A stretch of 64,000 bases of DNA from Ignavibacteriota bacterium (GTDB lineage: Bacteria; Bacteroidota; Ignavibacteria; UBA10030; CAVZMI01), in assembly GCA_963776275.1 (NCBI GenBank), contig CAVZMI010000020.1, positions 255,820 through 319,819 of the forward strand, read 5' to 3'. Under the pieces are notes generated by a model. That model worked only from the letters and a program-made list of their open reading frames with translations. It did no database searches and was not told where the DNA came from. Position numbers and translations under genes: made by a program. Below, piece by piece: positions 32,894 to 44,085 of this stretch. Numbering within the stretch: position 1 is the first letter of the stretch; each line of letters starts with the position of its first letter.

Positions 32894-34418
32894 TTATCGG
32901 CTGATTTCCTCAAGAACATTACCCCTGCTGTCGCGGATGTGCAATGTCAGCGGCATTTGGCCGGGGAATGAATGCGTCGCGCAGGCGTTGCACGGATCAT
33001 ATGCACGGAATGCCATTTCGATCATGTTCAACAGCCCTTCCGATACTTTCCCGTTCTTGATCAATCCCTTTGCCGCCTTCTCCACGCTCATTGCAATTCG
33101 TGCCGAATTATTCTGTGTGGCAACAATAAGGTTTGCCTTTGTGATCAATCCTTTTTCATCGGTTTCATAATGATGATACAGCGTGCCGCGAGGGGCTTCG
33201 ACAACTCCTATACCGACTTTCGGCGTTGCCGTCGGGATTGTCCGTATATTTTTGCTAGTAATATCCGGATCGTTCACCAATTCCACCATCCGTTCGGCTG
33301 CATTGATCATCTCGATCACACGCGCCCAGTGATTAGCAAGCGTATGATGAACCGGCTTGCCTCCTAACGTTTTATAAAATTCATCGTAAGCCTTCTGCGC
33401 TTGCGGAGTCGACATTCCATCTGCGACATTCAATCGCGCAAGTGGCGCTACAGAATAAATTCCGCTACCGGCGCCCTCTTCGAAACCCTTCCATCCGACT
33501 TTTTTCAGGTAACAGAATTTTACATAGCTCCACGGCTCAACGTGCTCCGCGATTTGCTCTATGTACTCTTGTGGACGGAATTTTACAAATTCTTTCCCGT
33601 CGGGATCCACGACACGAATTATCCCGTCGTAAAAATTCGGGCGGTTCTTATCATCAACCAATCCCATATAATAAGTTTTATGGGTGAAGGCTTCAGACAT
33701 GATAAGCTTAACATAGTCGTCGTTCTTCAGTACGATATCTTTGAAGACCTGGAGTGTAAAGAGTGCAAAATCGAGTCCGTCTTTTGCCAGCTCTTTCAAC
33801 TTCGGCAGCTCATCGGGTGAAATCGCCTTGGAAATGCCGCCGGGCAAACCGAAGACCGGATGGATTACCTTTCCGCCTATGTATGAGATAAACTCCCGCA
33901 AACGCCGGCGCGTCGTGATCACACGCTTCCCTACGTCGACACCGACTTTTTCAATGACACCGATAACATTACGCTTTTCCTTAGGTGCATCGGGCACCCA
34001 CAATGAAGTCGGGACCACCGAGAATATAGACATGCAGGGCATGGTCTTCGAGCATGAACGTATTATAGATCAGCTCGCGAATTTTCTTTGCAGGTATCGG
34101 CGGGTCGACCGAATAGAGATCGTCGAGCGCTTTCGTCCCTGCCATATGATGTGCGGTCGGACATACACCGCAGATACGGCTGGTAATTTGCGGCATATCC
34201 TCGGCCGGACGGCCGATCGAAAAAATTTCAAAACCCCGCAGCTCGGGAATTTGATAATATGCCTTCGACACATCTCCTTTATCGTCGAGAAAAATGTCGA
34301 TTTTCCCATGACCCTCAAGCCGGGTAATCGGATCGATAGTAATACGCCTCGTCTTCATGTATTGAGCATTGGCTTTTTGCTGCGCCTCATTCCATTTTTC
34401 CTGAACGGCTTTGTCCAT
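32894..34418 (-). CDS. mvhA: Group 3c NiFe hydrogenase large subunit (apparent frameshift at 33995)
   Basis: PITRLEGHG, RGFE, L1 RICGVC, EAPRGTLYH, L2 DPCNACATH plus cleavable tail; GGPDFIVG(P)DAP joins the ORFs. Confidence 0.9.
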
Positions 34419-34422
34419 TGTT

Positions 34423-35388
34423 CTAACCTACCTTCCGCCGTAATAATGAACTCGCCAGTCCGTAGCGATAGAATGTTCCTACGGGATCCGGAAGAGTTGC
34501 CAGAATCTTATCGATATCCTTTTCATCTTTAGCATCGACATGCGATGCAAATGCCGATAAAATTTTCGCTCCATGATCCTTCACGTTCGATGTCGGTCCG
34601 AAACATCCTGAACAGGGCATATTGCCGAGGATACATTGAGCGCCGCAGCCGCCCCGCGTTGCAGAACCGAGACACATGAGGCCCTGGGCCAGCAAACATT
34701 TTTCCGGATCGATTTCCGTCCAATGCGGACGTTTGAATTCAGTAAATTTATAATCGATCGGCTTTGTGTCTTTTCGCTGGCATTCTTCACACAGTGCAAT
34801 ATCGGGTGCAAGAGCCGATCCTTTCTCCGGAAGTTTTCCTGCAAGAAGCGCATCGATCGCTTCCTTCAATAACTTTGGTGTCGGGGGACATCCGGGCAGA
34901 TAGTAATCAACGTCGATTACCTGATCCAATGCGCGCACCATTGAATGAAACTCGGGAAGCGTGACTGTCGATCCGTTATCTTTAAATTGCACCTGCGGCC
35001 GTATCTTTGTCTCGTTTGTTACGGTCGGAGAATCTTCGTATATATACTTTAATATCTGCTCACGCTGGAATTGATTTGCCAGACTCGGTATTCCTCCGAG
35101 GTGGGCGCATGAGCCATAGGCGATGATATATTTACTCTTCGCGCGAATCAGACGGGCCATCTCTTCCTGCTCGGATGTCCGTATCGCCCCGTTGATCATC
35201 GATGCAACGATCGATTGATCGGGCATCGCTTCAACATCAGATTTCTTGAAATCCATCGCCACAGGCCACAACACGATATCCACTGCTGCAATGACCGATA
35301 GAATATCTTCGGCAAGATCGACAACCGATTCTTCACATCCGCCGCATGACGCACACCAGTATAATCCGATTTTTGGTTTTTCAGGCAT
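34423..35388 (-). CDS. mvhG: Group 3c NiFe hydrogenase small subunit
   Basis: WCASCGGCE, YGSCA, PGCPP, CEEC, CLG..TRGGC...C...MPCSGCFGP. Confidence 0.9.
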   Translation of the reverse strand: MPEKPKIGLYWCASCGGCEESVVDLAEDILSVIAAVDIVLWPVAMDFKKSDVEAMPDQSIVASMINGAIRTSEQEEMARLIRAKSKYIIAYGSCAHLGGIPSLANQFQREQILKYIYEDSPTVTNETKIRPQVQFKDNGSTVTLPEFHSMVRALDQVIDVDYYLPGCPPTPKLLKEAIDALLAGKLPEKGSALAPDIALCEECQRKDTKPIDYKFTEFKRPHWTEIDPEKCLLAQGLMCLGSATRGGCGAQCILGNMPCSGCFGPTSNVKDHGAKILSAFASHVDAKDEKDIDKILATLPDPVGTFYRYGLASSLLRRKVG

Positions 35389-35950
35389 GTTCCTGCACCT
35401 CCTGCCCGTCGAAATTCCGATTTGAATCGGAATGCAGGGGGGCCTCATTGGCTGCAGCAATCTCACGTTCGAGTATATCGATCTCTTTATCCCATTCTAT
35501 AAATTTTCCGGGAAGATTGAGGCAGCCCAGTTCACGAGCCTTTGCCGCCATATCATTGACCACAATCCGTACTTTTTCACCTTCCGAGGCTGATATCCAT
35601 TCGAGCCGGAAGCGGTCTTCTTCTATACCCAAATCATGAAGCATCCGTTTCAGGAGCCGGACACGACGCAGTGCTTTATAGTTTCCCTCAATATAATGAC
35701 AATCACCCGGGTGACATCCGCCGATCAATACACCATCGGCCCCTTTTGCGAATGCATCAAGAACAAACTGCGGGTCGATACGTCCGGAGCACATGACGCG
35801 GATAACACGGATGTTCGATGCATGCTTCAATCGTGACACACCGGCAAGATCGGCTGCAGTATAAGTGCACCAGTTGCAGAAAAAAGCAACAATCCTTGGC
35901 TGCCAGCCGTTTGTTACGGTGCTACTTGAATCGTGAGTTAATTCTGACAT
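35381..35950 (-). CDS. mvhD: MvhD 2Fe-2S subunit
   Basis: FFCNWCTY..AD.AG, RVMCSGR, GCHPGDCHY, WISASEG. Confidence 0.92.
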   Translation of the reverse strand: MSELTHDSSSTVTNGWQPRIVAFFCNWCTYTAADLAGVSRLKHASNIRVIRVMCSGRIDPQFVLDAFAKGADGVLIGGCHPGDCHYIEGNYKALRRVRLLKRMLHDLGIEEDRFRLEWISASEGEKVRIVVNDMAAKARELGCLNLPGKFIEWDKEIDILEREIAAANEAPLHSDSNRNFDGQEVQEHA

Positions 35951-35972
35951 ACTATATCTCCTTCTTCAACAG

Positions 35973-36435
35973 CTACCTGGTCTCAAAAAAATCCATCAAT
36001 TTCATTGCAGATAATTTCATCTTCAAACAGGTTTTATTTAATCGTATCGGAAGGACGGGCCACCGCGCAGGTGCCATATCCTTTCAATAATGCTTCATTG
36101 ACATATGCTTTCTATTGCACATGATTACTCGGTAAATGTATCGACCGCTGCGATTTCTGGATGCCGCTCAAGGAAAAATCCTTCCACTGAGCATGAAATG
36201 GTATAGAGCCTGCACACATCCATATTGACGGGAATACGACGGGCAATACCGATCATCTTATCTTCGATGCGAATGACCGGCTTTCCTTCTTCTTGGCGTG
36301 CACGGCCCAATCGGTTATTTCTGCTTCACGGCCGTGGACAAAGTGGACATCTTCTTCAAGCAGTCTATCGTAGAACTCTTCATATGGCTGTCTGGCAGCG
36401 CAGGTATCGATGTAAAAAACCATAAACTTCTGCAT
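35973..36435 (-). pseudogene. hdrA: Decayed heterodisulfide reductase subunit A remnant
   Basis: Fragments FYID..A..YEEFYDRLLEEDVHFV.GR.AEITDWA; GFFLERHP.IAAVDTFT; KAYVNEALLKGYGTCAVARPSDTIK*NLFEDE, with Cys losses, a stop and large deletions; sits immediately before mvhD. Confidence 0.8.
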
Positions 36436-36545
36436 CGGTTATCACGTGAACCGACACAGTGAATAATCAAATATCAACTATGCTTCCAGCACTAAATTTA
36501 CCAAAATAATAAAAACAAGACAAGCATTATTTTTTTTATAGACAT

Positions 36546-37598
36546 TTAATAGCCGGGCATATTGTGTAAAATTTTCACTTTTCCCCGAAAGATTCGATAA
36601 ATATAGATAAAATATCCAGCTGTAAGGATCAACCCAAGAATCCACCATACAAGCCCCACACTCAATCCATAATGTTGAGCGGCTGTATTATAAATTGTCA
36701 GACTGTATTGCGTGCCTGTCGAAGCAGGCAATACCGTCGGGAATAATCCAAACACCGTTGCACCAAGCATGCCTGCAATAAAAACCGACGACGCAACGAA
36801 CGCTAGCAAGTCCTGTTTCCGTTTCCGATAGTATGCCGTGCCGGCAAATCCAAGGATTCCCAAAAGCGGGAAAATGTACCCGAAGGGCATCGTTGAAAAA
36901 TTTTGCCAGACTACCGGGCGTAAAATTGATGTAGCGATCATCGCAAGAATCGATGCGATTAGAATCCCCCACCAGGCGTATGCAGCAAACAAACGTGATT
37001 TTTCTTGAATTACACCTTCTGTTTTCAGCGAAATATAATTTGCACCATGAGCAGTGAGTGTACACAGGGCGACCAATCCCATCAATACCGTGAACCAATC
37101 GAGAACACCCGCGTCAGGAACAACGGCGAAGGTTGTCCAGAGCGGTACAAAGAAATATCCGCTCTGATCAATCGGGACTCCCCTTATAATATTACCCAGA
37201 GCGGCGCCGAAAATGATAGTAAGAAGAAGACTTGAGATCGAGAAAACGACATCCCAGAACGATTTCCAGACCGGACTCTGAATATGATGACGGAATTCGA
37301 TACCGAGCCCCCGAAGCATGAACAACCATAGCGTGATCATCAGTGGAAGATAAAAACCGCTGAAGCCGGATGCATAGAGAAGTGGAAATGCAAAGTAGAG
37401 CGTTCCACCGGCTGCAAGGAGCCATACCTCATTTCCATCCCAGACAGGTCCGATGGCGTTCAGGACAGTCCGCCGCTCCTCTTCGGTATGAGCAACAAAA
37501 AGGTGAATGATCCCGGCACCAAGATCGAAACCGTCGAGGATTACGTACATTGTCAGCATGAATGCAACGATACAAAACCAGAGTATTTCCATATCCAC
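36546..37598 (-). CDS. cydB: Cytochrome bd oxidase subunit II
   Basis: LDGFDLGAG, IGPVWDGNEVWL, LRGLGIEFR. Confidence 0.95.
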   Translation of the reverse strand: MDMEILWFCIVAFMLTMYVILDGFDLGAGIIHLFVAHTEEERRTVLNAIGPVWDGNEVWLLAAGGTLYFAFPLLYASGFSGFYLPLMITLWLFMLRGLGIEFRHHIQSPVWKSFWDVVFSISSLLLTIIFGAALGNIIRGVPIDQSGYFFVPLWTTFAVVPDAGVLDWFTVLMGLVALCTLTAHGANYISLKTEGVIQEKSRLFAAYAWWGILIASILAMIATSILRPVVWQNFSTMPFGYIFPLLGILGFAGTAYYRKRKQDLLAFVASSVFIAGMLGATVFGLFPTVLPASTGTQYSLTIYNTAAQHYGLSVGLVWWILGLILTAGYFIYIYRIFRGKVKILHNMPGY

Positions 37599-37684
37599 TT
37601 TTCTTTCTCTATGGTACCAATTTTTCTAAAATTATTATTGAGACCTCTGAATAACATTCCGGCCGGAGAAAAATGAATGCCGAT

Positions 37685-37859
37685 TGAATGGCCACGACCT
37701 CGTGATTTTACGCCCCACGCTTTCCAGTGGGGTCAGGTCGTGGATCTTTAAATCCAAAAAATCCTTTAGGGCTTTAGCCCTACATAAACTTAATGCGGGG
37801 TTAAAACCCCTCATTTTTTCTCCTTTTATTTCCCACGAGCTAAAGCTCGTGGCAATTCA
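37685..37859. mobile_element. MITE/REPIN-like element in the cydA-cydB intergenic space
   Basis: Terminal inverted repeats TGAATGGCCACGACCT / AGCTCGTGGCAATTCA (14/16); internal palindromes TAGGGCTTTAGCCCTA, GGGGTTAAAACCCC, CCACGAGC-TAAA-GCTCGTGG. Confidence 0.7.
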
Positions 37860-37940
37860 TGGAATACGGATTATATCAGATCATCGGTTTAAGTGCTTGT
37901 ATAAAAAATATACAAATAGAATTTTTCAGATTTTTTTTGC

Positions 37941-39272
37941 TTATGTCTTCTCCAGCGCCTCCGGGCCATGGTTTATCTCTTTAATCACAAGGAAGAGAAA
38001 TAGCACTCCAATCACAAAATACATTCCGAGAAAACCAAGAAGTGTAAATAGGCTGTTCCCGGCAGAGACGGTCGGAGAAGTTCCATGAACGGTTCGCATC
38101 AGTCCGTACACCAGCCACGGCTGTCGTCCAAGCTCGGCGGTCATCCATCCGGCAGTGTTCGCAATGTACGGGAACGGAAAGCTGAGCAGCAATGCCCATA
38201 GTACCGGCCGGGAAGTGTAGAGCTTCTTCCTCCACAAAAGGAAAACAGAAATGAGCATGACTGCAATAAATATGGTTCCTAGTCCTACCATGATATGATA
38301 ACTATAGTAAAGGAGCGGAATATTATCTGGCCAGATATCGCGCGGGAAAGCATCGAGTCCTTTCACTTCTGCATTCCACCTGTAATAGGTAAGGAAGCTG
38401 AGAAGTTTTGGGACATAGATTGGATTATCAATTTTAAGTTTCTCTATATCGGGCTGGCCGATAATGATCAATTCGGCGCCTTCCTTGGTCTGGAACAATC
38501 CTTCCATTGCTGCCAGGGTTACCGGTTGATGTTGAGCAATATTTTTCCCCTGGCCGTCGCCTGAAGGGAAAAGCATCAGAAAGGAAAAAATTATTCCTGC
38601 GATGACACCGGTACGAATGAACATTGTACCGTACTCTTTATCGCGTTCGGCAAGAATATAATATGCCCCTACCGACGCCATGACAAATGCCGCCGTCACA
38701 ACGGCGCCTGCCATCGTATGTACATATTGCCAGCCCAGCCAGGAATTTAGAATTAATTCCCAAAAACTCGATAACTGTACCGTTCCATCTGCAGCAACTA
38801 CATATCCGACCGGGTGCTGCATCCAGGCGTTGGTCGCTACAATAAAGAATCCCGAGATCCATGAACCGATGAATACTGCAACTGCAGATGCAAGATGTCC
38901 TACTTGCCCGATTTTCTTTTCTCCAAATAGAAAAAGGCCCAGAAAACTCGATTCAAGGAAAAACGCGAACATCCCTTCCATCGCAAGTGTTTGACCGATC
39001 ACGCCTCCGGCGAACGTGGAGAACCTGGCCCAGTTGGTGCCGAACTGGAATTCCATCGGAATACCGGTGACGACACCTACCGCAAAATTGACGGCGAATA
39101 TCTTCGCCCAAAACCGCGCGGCATGATTATATTTCGGATCCTTTTTCCACAGTGACAGAGTTTTTAAAATAACAATGAGCAATGCAAGACCCATTGTAAG
39201 CTGCGGAAAAATGTAGTGATAACTGATCGTGAAGGCAAAGTGAATCCGGTGGATGGTTATCGCATCGGGCAT
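37941..39272 (-). CDS. cydA: Cytochrome bd oxidase subunit I (short Q-loop)
   Basis: FTISYHYIF, MEFQFGTNW, NAWMQHP, LAAMEG, GWMTAELGRQPW. Confidence 0.95.
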   Translation of the reverse strand: MPDAITIHRIHFAFTISYHYIFPQLTMGLALLIVILKTLSLWKKDPKYNHAARFWAKIFAVNFAVGVVTGIPMEFQFGTNWARFSTFAGGVIGQTLAMEGMFAFFLESSFLGLFLFGEKKIGQVGHLASAVAVFIGSWISGFFIVATNAWMQHPVGYVVAADGTVQLSSFWELILNSWLGWQYVHTMAGAVVTAAFVMASVGAYYILAERDKEYGTMFIRTGVIAGIIFSFLMLFPSGDGQGKNIAQHQPVTLAAMEGLFQTKEGAELIIIGQPDIEKLKIDNPIYVPKLLSFLTYYRWNAEVKGLDAFPRDIWPDNIPLLYYSYHIMVGLGTIFIAVMLISVFLLWRKKLYTSRPVLWALLLSFPFPYIANTAGWMTAELGRQPWLVYGLMRTVHGTSPTVSAGNSLFTLLGFLGMYFVIGVLFLFLVIKEINHGPEALEKT

Positions 39273-39370
39273 TGTCGAATCCCTCTATGCAGAATATATT
39301 AATATTATAAAGTCTGAACAGAATACTCGCACCATAATACAAAGCGATGGGGACATTTGCAAGGATGGAA

Positions 39371-39401
39371 AGCAGAGGCCGCAATAATTGCAGCCCCTGC
39401 T
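39371..39401 (-). terminator. Hairpin downstream of trxA
   Basis: AGCAGGGGCTGCAA / TTGCGGCCTCTGCT stem on minus strand, short T tail. Confidence 0.5.
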
Positions 39402-39434
39402 CTATTGAGGATTAAGATGGGAAAATAGATAAGA

Positions 39435-39779
39435 CTAATTCACAGCCAATTTTGAAACATGCTCATCGAGTTTTACCTTCAGCATTTTTTTCGGCACTGC
39501 ACCAACCACTCCATCGATCATTTGTCCACCCTGAAAGATTCCTAGAGTCGGAATGCTCATAATACCGTAGCGTGAAGCGATTCCTGGATTCTCATCCGTA
39601 TTCAATTTAGCGACTTTGAATTTCCCGGCATATTCATCGGCCAATTCCTCGACGACCGGAGCGATCATCCGGCAGGGTTCACACCAGGGCGCCCAAAAAT
39701 CAACCAGCACCGGTAATGGTGATTCAAGAACTTCCTTCTGAAAATTTGCATCTGTTGCGACAACAATGTTCTTACTCAT
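39435..39779 (-). CDS. trxA: Thioredoxin (reads WCEPC; probably WCGPC)
   Basis: [25 protein letters not shown]. Confidence 0.92.
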   Translation of the reverse strand: MSKNIVVATDANFQKEVLESPLPVLVDFWAPWCEPCRMIAPVVEELADEYAGKFKVAKLNTDENPGIASRYGIMSIPTLGIFQGGQMIDGVVGAVPKKMLKVKLDEHVSKLAVN

Positions 39780-40044
39780 AGAATTCCTTTTTACAAATTG
39801 ATTATTATGATTATTTACTCTTCATTCTATACCTTTGATGCAAGATTCAAGAAAAGGATTCACAAAATGTGATAAAATAACTTTGCATTATGTATATAAC
39901 GGTCAGTCGGAGCCGGATAAACTCGTTCTCATGAAACAACACTCTTTGTAGGATTCAGTGGAATTCGCGTTGTAAGCGGTCTAGAGATCGTCAAAAAGGC
40001 TATGCCTGACATTTTATGACTGTCCACACCGTATCGATTCGTTA

Positions 40045-40332
40045 TTACCGGAATAATCGTGCGAAACCAGGATACGGCGCCAGCGGTATGAGCTCGAATG
40101 CGATTAATCCATTTCTAACAAGTGGGAGCGAATTGATCGCCTCGGATGCTTCGCGAATATTATTACACTCAAGAATGAGAACCGCTTCCGACCGGTCTGC
40201 ACGAAAATAGAGCTCGCGGATAACTCCCTTTTGATATAACTCCCATGCACGCTCCGCCTCCGGACGAAGATGCGGAGTACATTGCTCATCGGTAACACCG
40301 GGAACTTCTTTTTCAAGCGCAAGAATTTTCAT
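40045..40332 (-). CDS. Muconolactone isomerase-like small dimeric alpha/beta barrel protein
   Basis: EAERAWELYQKG.IR..YFR...AVL......A...INSLPL......F..IPL.PY. Confidence 0.6.
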   Translation of the reverse strand: MKILALEKEVPGVTDEQCTPHLRPEAERAWELYQKGVIRELYFRADRSEAVLILECNNIREASEAINSLPLVRNGLIAFELIPLAPYPGFARLFR

Positions 40333-40384
40333 GGGGATCCTGCCAATGATGTCTATTTTTCAAGTGTGTATATGCCGGGGTATT

Positions 40385-42457
40385 TCACCTGAGTAAAATC
40401 ATTTTCTTTGTTTGAACAATATTCCCCGCCTTCAGACAATAATAATACACGCCGCTTGATAATCCCGACGCATTCCATTCTGTTGTATATGTACCTGCAT
40501 TCATTTCTTTTAAAACAAGAAGTGCAATCTCTTCTCCCAGAGTTGTATAAACTTTCAGTGTTACATGTACCGGTTGGGAAAGCGAAAATTGTATTGTTGT
40601 AGCTGGATTAAATGGATTTGGATAATTCTGTGCGAGATCAAAGCGCGAGGGTAATTTATCCTGTGTCACTGTTTTAATTGAAGTGGTTATATCCGACAAC
40701 GAACGCCTGAAAACACAGTGTTCAGTACCGGCAAATATATAGCTCGCATTAACTGCGAGAGCATCAACCATAAGGTCGGTCAATCCGGTATTGGCTTCTC
40801 TCCATTGAGTTCCATTCCAGGTTGATAAATACATACCGCCGCCGAGCGTCCCGGTGAATAAAGTTGTGTCACTCACTGCAAATGCGCCGATCAGGGGGAG
40901 TGTGATTTCGGTATTGGCCTTTATCCAGCTTGTTCCATTATCTGTCGATAGATACACGCCTTTGCCATAGATCCCGGCAAAAATATTCGATCCGATAACG
41001 GCAAGATCGGTGATCCATTCGTCCGTTAACCCCGTCTGTGTCCAGCTGCCACCGTTGTCTGATGATATAAAAACCCCGCTGCCATAGGTACCGGCAAACA
41101 TGGTCGAGCCACTGACAGCAAGAGCATGGACTGAGAGATTTGCTAGTCCGATATTTTTTGGCGTCCAATCAGTTCCGTTATCTGTCGTAAGAAAGACACC
41201 CATCTCTGTGGCGGCAAAAACACCTGCACCTGAAACAGCTAAAGCATTTATCGTCGGACTCGATAAACCTGTATTGACCACCGTCCAGTTTGCTCCATTG
41301 TCCGTCGAAAGGAAAACACCGTTGCCATAAGTCCCGGCAAAAATGTTCGTTCCATCGATTGCGATAGCGCTGACATTCGGATATATCAGTCCGAAATTGA
41401 CCTGAGACCAGCTATTTCCATTGTCCGTTGAACGAAACATACCGGAACTCGTTGTGCCTGCATACATATTGATTCCGTCGATCGCCAGAGCTTGTGTTTT
41501 AACATTTATTCCTGTATTGCATTCACTCCAGTTTGTGCCGTTATTCATCGATCGGAATGCGCCGCCGCCCCATGTACCGGCGAAGACATTTCCATCGGTG
41601 ACGACGAGAGCCACCACACTGTTATTTGTTATTCCGGAATTACTTTGTGTCCAGTCTATTCCACCGTTTGTGGAGACATACACACCATCTTCATATGATC
41701 CGGCAAAGATATTCGAACCGCTGATAGCCAGAGCCGATACCCTGACACTATTTTGCAGTGTAGTTTGTGTCCAGCTTGTCCCGCTGCCCGGTGAACCATA
41801 AAGGCCGGCGTAGGTACCGGCGAAAATATCCGTACCGCTGACAGCTAGAGTGTTGACATAGTAGTTCGTTAATCCATTGTTCGCTCCGGTTCAGCTTGTA
41901 CCATTATTCGATGAAATAAAAACGCCGCCGTTGAAAGTCCCTGCAAAAATATTCGAACCTATTATTGCAAGAGCATGGACGTCGGTATTTGTCAAACCGG
42001 AATTGACCGGCGTCCAGCTTGTGCCGTTGTTTGTTGTGAGAAAAACACCTCCATCAGTAGCGCCGGCAAAAACATTCGATCCGCTGACAGCAAAAGATCT
42101 TATATCGGTACCTGTTAAACCGGTATTAACAGGTGTCCAGTTTGCACCATTGTCTGTCGAAAGAAAAACACCGCCGCCGTCGGTACCGGCAAAAATGTTC
42201 GATCCGCTGATTGCAAATGCCCTCACACGGAGATTTGTTAGTCCGTTATCAATTGGTGTCCATGTTGCTCCGTTATTCGTTGAGAGAAACGCTCCGCTGC
42301 CGTCTGTCCCCAGAAAAATATTCGAACCGGTGCTCGCTAATGCAGTTATAATACCACCATATGGTCCGTTTGTTTGATCCCATTGTGCGTCTGATGCCGA
42401 TGGGATTATAATGAAAATGCACGCAAAAATGATGAGTTGATACACAATGGATTTCAT
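40385..42457 (-). CDS. T9SS-secreted beta-propeller (BNR/Asp-box repeat) protein with in-frame TGA at 41891-41893
   Basis: ~39-aa repeats A(I/V)SGSNIFAGT.GGGVFLSTDNG..W; C-terminal LAQNYPNPFNP…TKKMILLR; the two ORFs are in frame across a TGA at the repeat Trp. Confidence 0.88.
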
Positions 42458-42560
42458 GTTGTTCTCCTTTTTATCGGGTAATGTATTAAAGATATCTCGT
42501 GTTTGGTTACATATCATAGCAAGTTGATCAAGTTGATATAGAGAAATTACTTTTAATTTC

Positions 42561-42941
42561 TCAGATGTTCAACTTTTGTTTCTTTCTCAATTTTAAAAAC
42601 CCCACTATCCCGACTGTCAAATATCCTATTGCAGCAAGGAAAACGACATATGGGAGCCAATTCTTATTGTGATAAACATATAACACGCCGATTAGAAATA
42701 GCACGACCGATTCCATTATTTGAATGAGGGGATGAATCTTAATCCATCTCTGCTCGATCCGATGTTCATAAAAGGTAAATATGAATATAAGTATCCCGAT
42801 GGAACAAAAGATGATTACATACGGCCAGTATTGCGCAAAATCTTCGGCTTCGGAAATTCCTTCCATCAGGATGGCAAATCCCACCACATAATGGGAGAGT
42901 TTTTGTATTATGGGAAATCTGTTTTTTCGCACGCCAAGCAA
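42561..42941 (-). CDS. Hypothetical four-TM membrane protein
   Basis: Four hydrophobic helices; co-oriented with neighbours. Confidence 0.6.
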   Translation of the reverse strand: MLGVRKNRFPIIQKLSHYVVGFAILMEGISEAEDFAQYWPYVIIFCSIGILIFIFTFYEHRIEQRWIKIHPLIQIMESVVLFLIGVLYVYHNKNWLPYVVFLAAIGYLTVGIVGFLKLRKKQKLNI

Positions 42942-42956
42942 TCCTTTCCACCGCAG

Positions 42957-43157
42957 TTATTGATCCTTAATTTTTTTAACGGGCACTGCTGCCGTCGTTA
43001 CCGGTTTTGCCCTTTCCGGAATCTTATCACCAATCATTCTATTAAGTTTGTATTCCAACTCTCCCACTTTTTTTAATAGCAAGTGGGTCCGGATTATGTA
43101 AATGACGACGAGTACAACAAGAACGAACACCAAGAACCCGACCACAAGAACCTCCAT
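42957..43157 (-). CDS. Small single-TM hypothetical protein
   Basis: N-terminal TM helix, short coiled coil. Confidence 0.45.
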   Translation of the reverse strand: MEVLVVGFLVFVLVVLVVIYIIRTHLLLKKVGELEYKLNRMIGDKIPERAKPVTTAAVPVKKIKDQ

Positions 43158-43263
43158 GTTGCTATGAACTTGAATATAAGAACGAATTCCTTATTCTTAT
43201 GATAAGTAGAAACAACTTATAGGTGGTGCCATTTCACGCTGTACTAAAATACAATGATTTATT

Positions 43264-44055
43264 TTAGGATTTCTGACACACTTCTTCTTTCAGTATTTTA
43301 TAAAACTCCTCCCTCGCCCCCTTTTCAACCCACGGCCTATGCCCACAATTTTTAAGTAGTGTAAATCTGAAGTTTTTGAGAATTTTCAATAGCGGTTTTT
43401 CAACACCTTCAGCCGGATGCGGATCATAGTCGCCATGGATTGCATGGACCGGACAGTGAATTTTTCTCCCGAATTTTAAAAGTTCGCCGGTATGCCGCAA
43501 CTGCTCGGCTTCTTTCCATACGCTTTGATGAATCCCGGCCTGGAATTTCACTTGCTCATTATGCATTTGTAATGGATCAAAAGAATCGGCCTTCGATATT
43601 ACCTCTCCAAACCTGGTGAAAAGTGTATCTTTATTTTTCATATCGGTGCTGCCCAGGTTTTTTATCAAAGTGGCGACTTCAAGTTTTTCTTTTTCATTAA
43701 AGCGGCTCAACCGTGTTTCCATTATTCCTATAGAATATTTTTCTTCGAACGGACCGCTTCCGATAAGTATAAGTTTCCTGATATACTCCGGATATTGCGC
43801 AGTAAAAATAAAACTCAGCCATGCACCCCATGAATAACCGATTAGTGTTAATGGAATATTTCCATACTTTTCCAATACTAGTCGTAATTCTTGAATCTGC
43901 CCTTCAATGGAAGCCGCTGTTTGCAGAGGCTCTAAAGTACCATATAACTTGGAAATCTCAATTGCGACCGGAGCCATTTCTCCTGCAGCACCGGGACCTC
44001 CGTGAATTACGGCAACGTCATACGGAGTGGTTCCATATTTACGGAAGTTGTTTAT
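43264..44055 (-). CDS. Alpha/beta hydrolase (proline iminopeptidase-like); start appears to be ATA at 44055
   Basis: IHGGPGAAG upstream of the tracked ATG, GYSWG nucleophile elbow, HGDYD, CGHRPW. Confidence 0.8.
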   Translation of the reverse strand: MNNFRKYGTTPYDVAVIHGGPGAAGEMAPVAIEISKLYGTLEPLQTAASIEGQIQELRLVLEKYGNIPLTLIGYSWGAWLSFIFTAQYPEYIRKLILIGSGPFEEKYSIGIMETRLSRFNEKEKLEVATLIKNLGSTDMKNKDTLFTRFGEVISKADSFDPLQMHNEQVKFQAGIHQSVWKEAEQLRHTGELLKFGRKIHCPVHAIHGDYDPHPAEGVEKPLLKILKNFRFTLLKNCGHRPWVEKGAREEFYKILKEEVCQKS

Positions 44056-44085
44056 AGAGATATTCCCCCGGAAATATTCAAACCG

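Noticed and set aside
39670-39690. Thioredoxin with a novel WCEPC active site
   Set aside because: GAA CCC is one G-to-A change from GGA CCC in a GGACC site; most likely the same artefact
9800-41893. TGA-to-Trp recoding or selenocysteine suggested by in-frame TGAs at 9800 and 41891
   Set aside because: TGA is a normal stop elsewhere (8240, 23472, 58457, 60655), TGG is used for Trp throughout, the positions are Trp not Cys, and both sit in TGAACC from TGGACC
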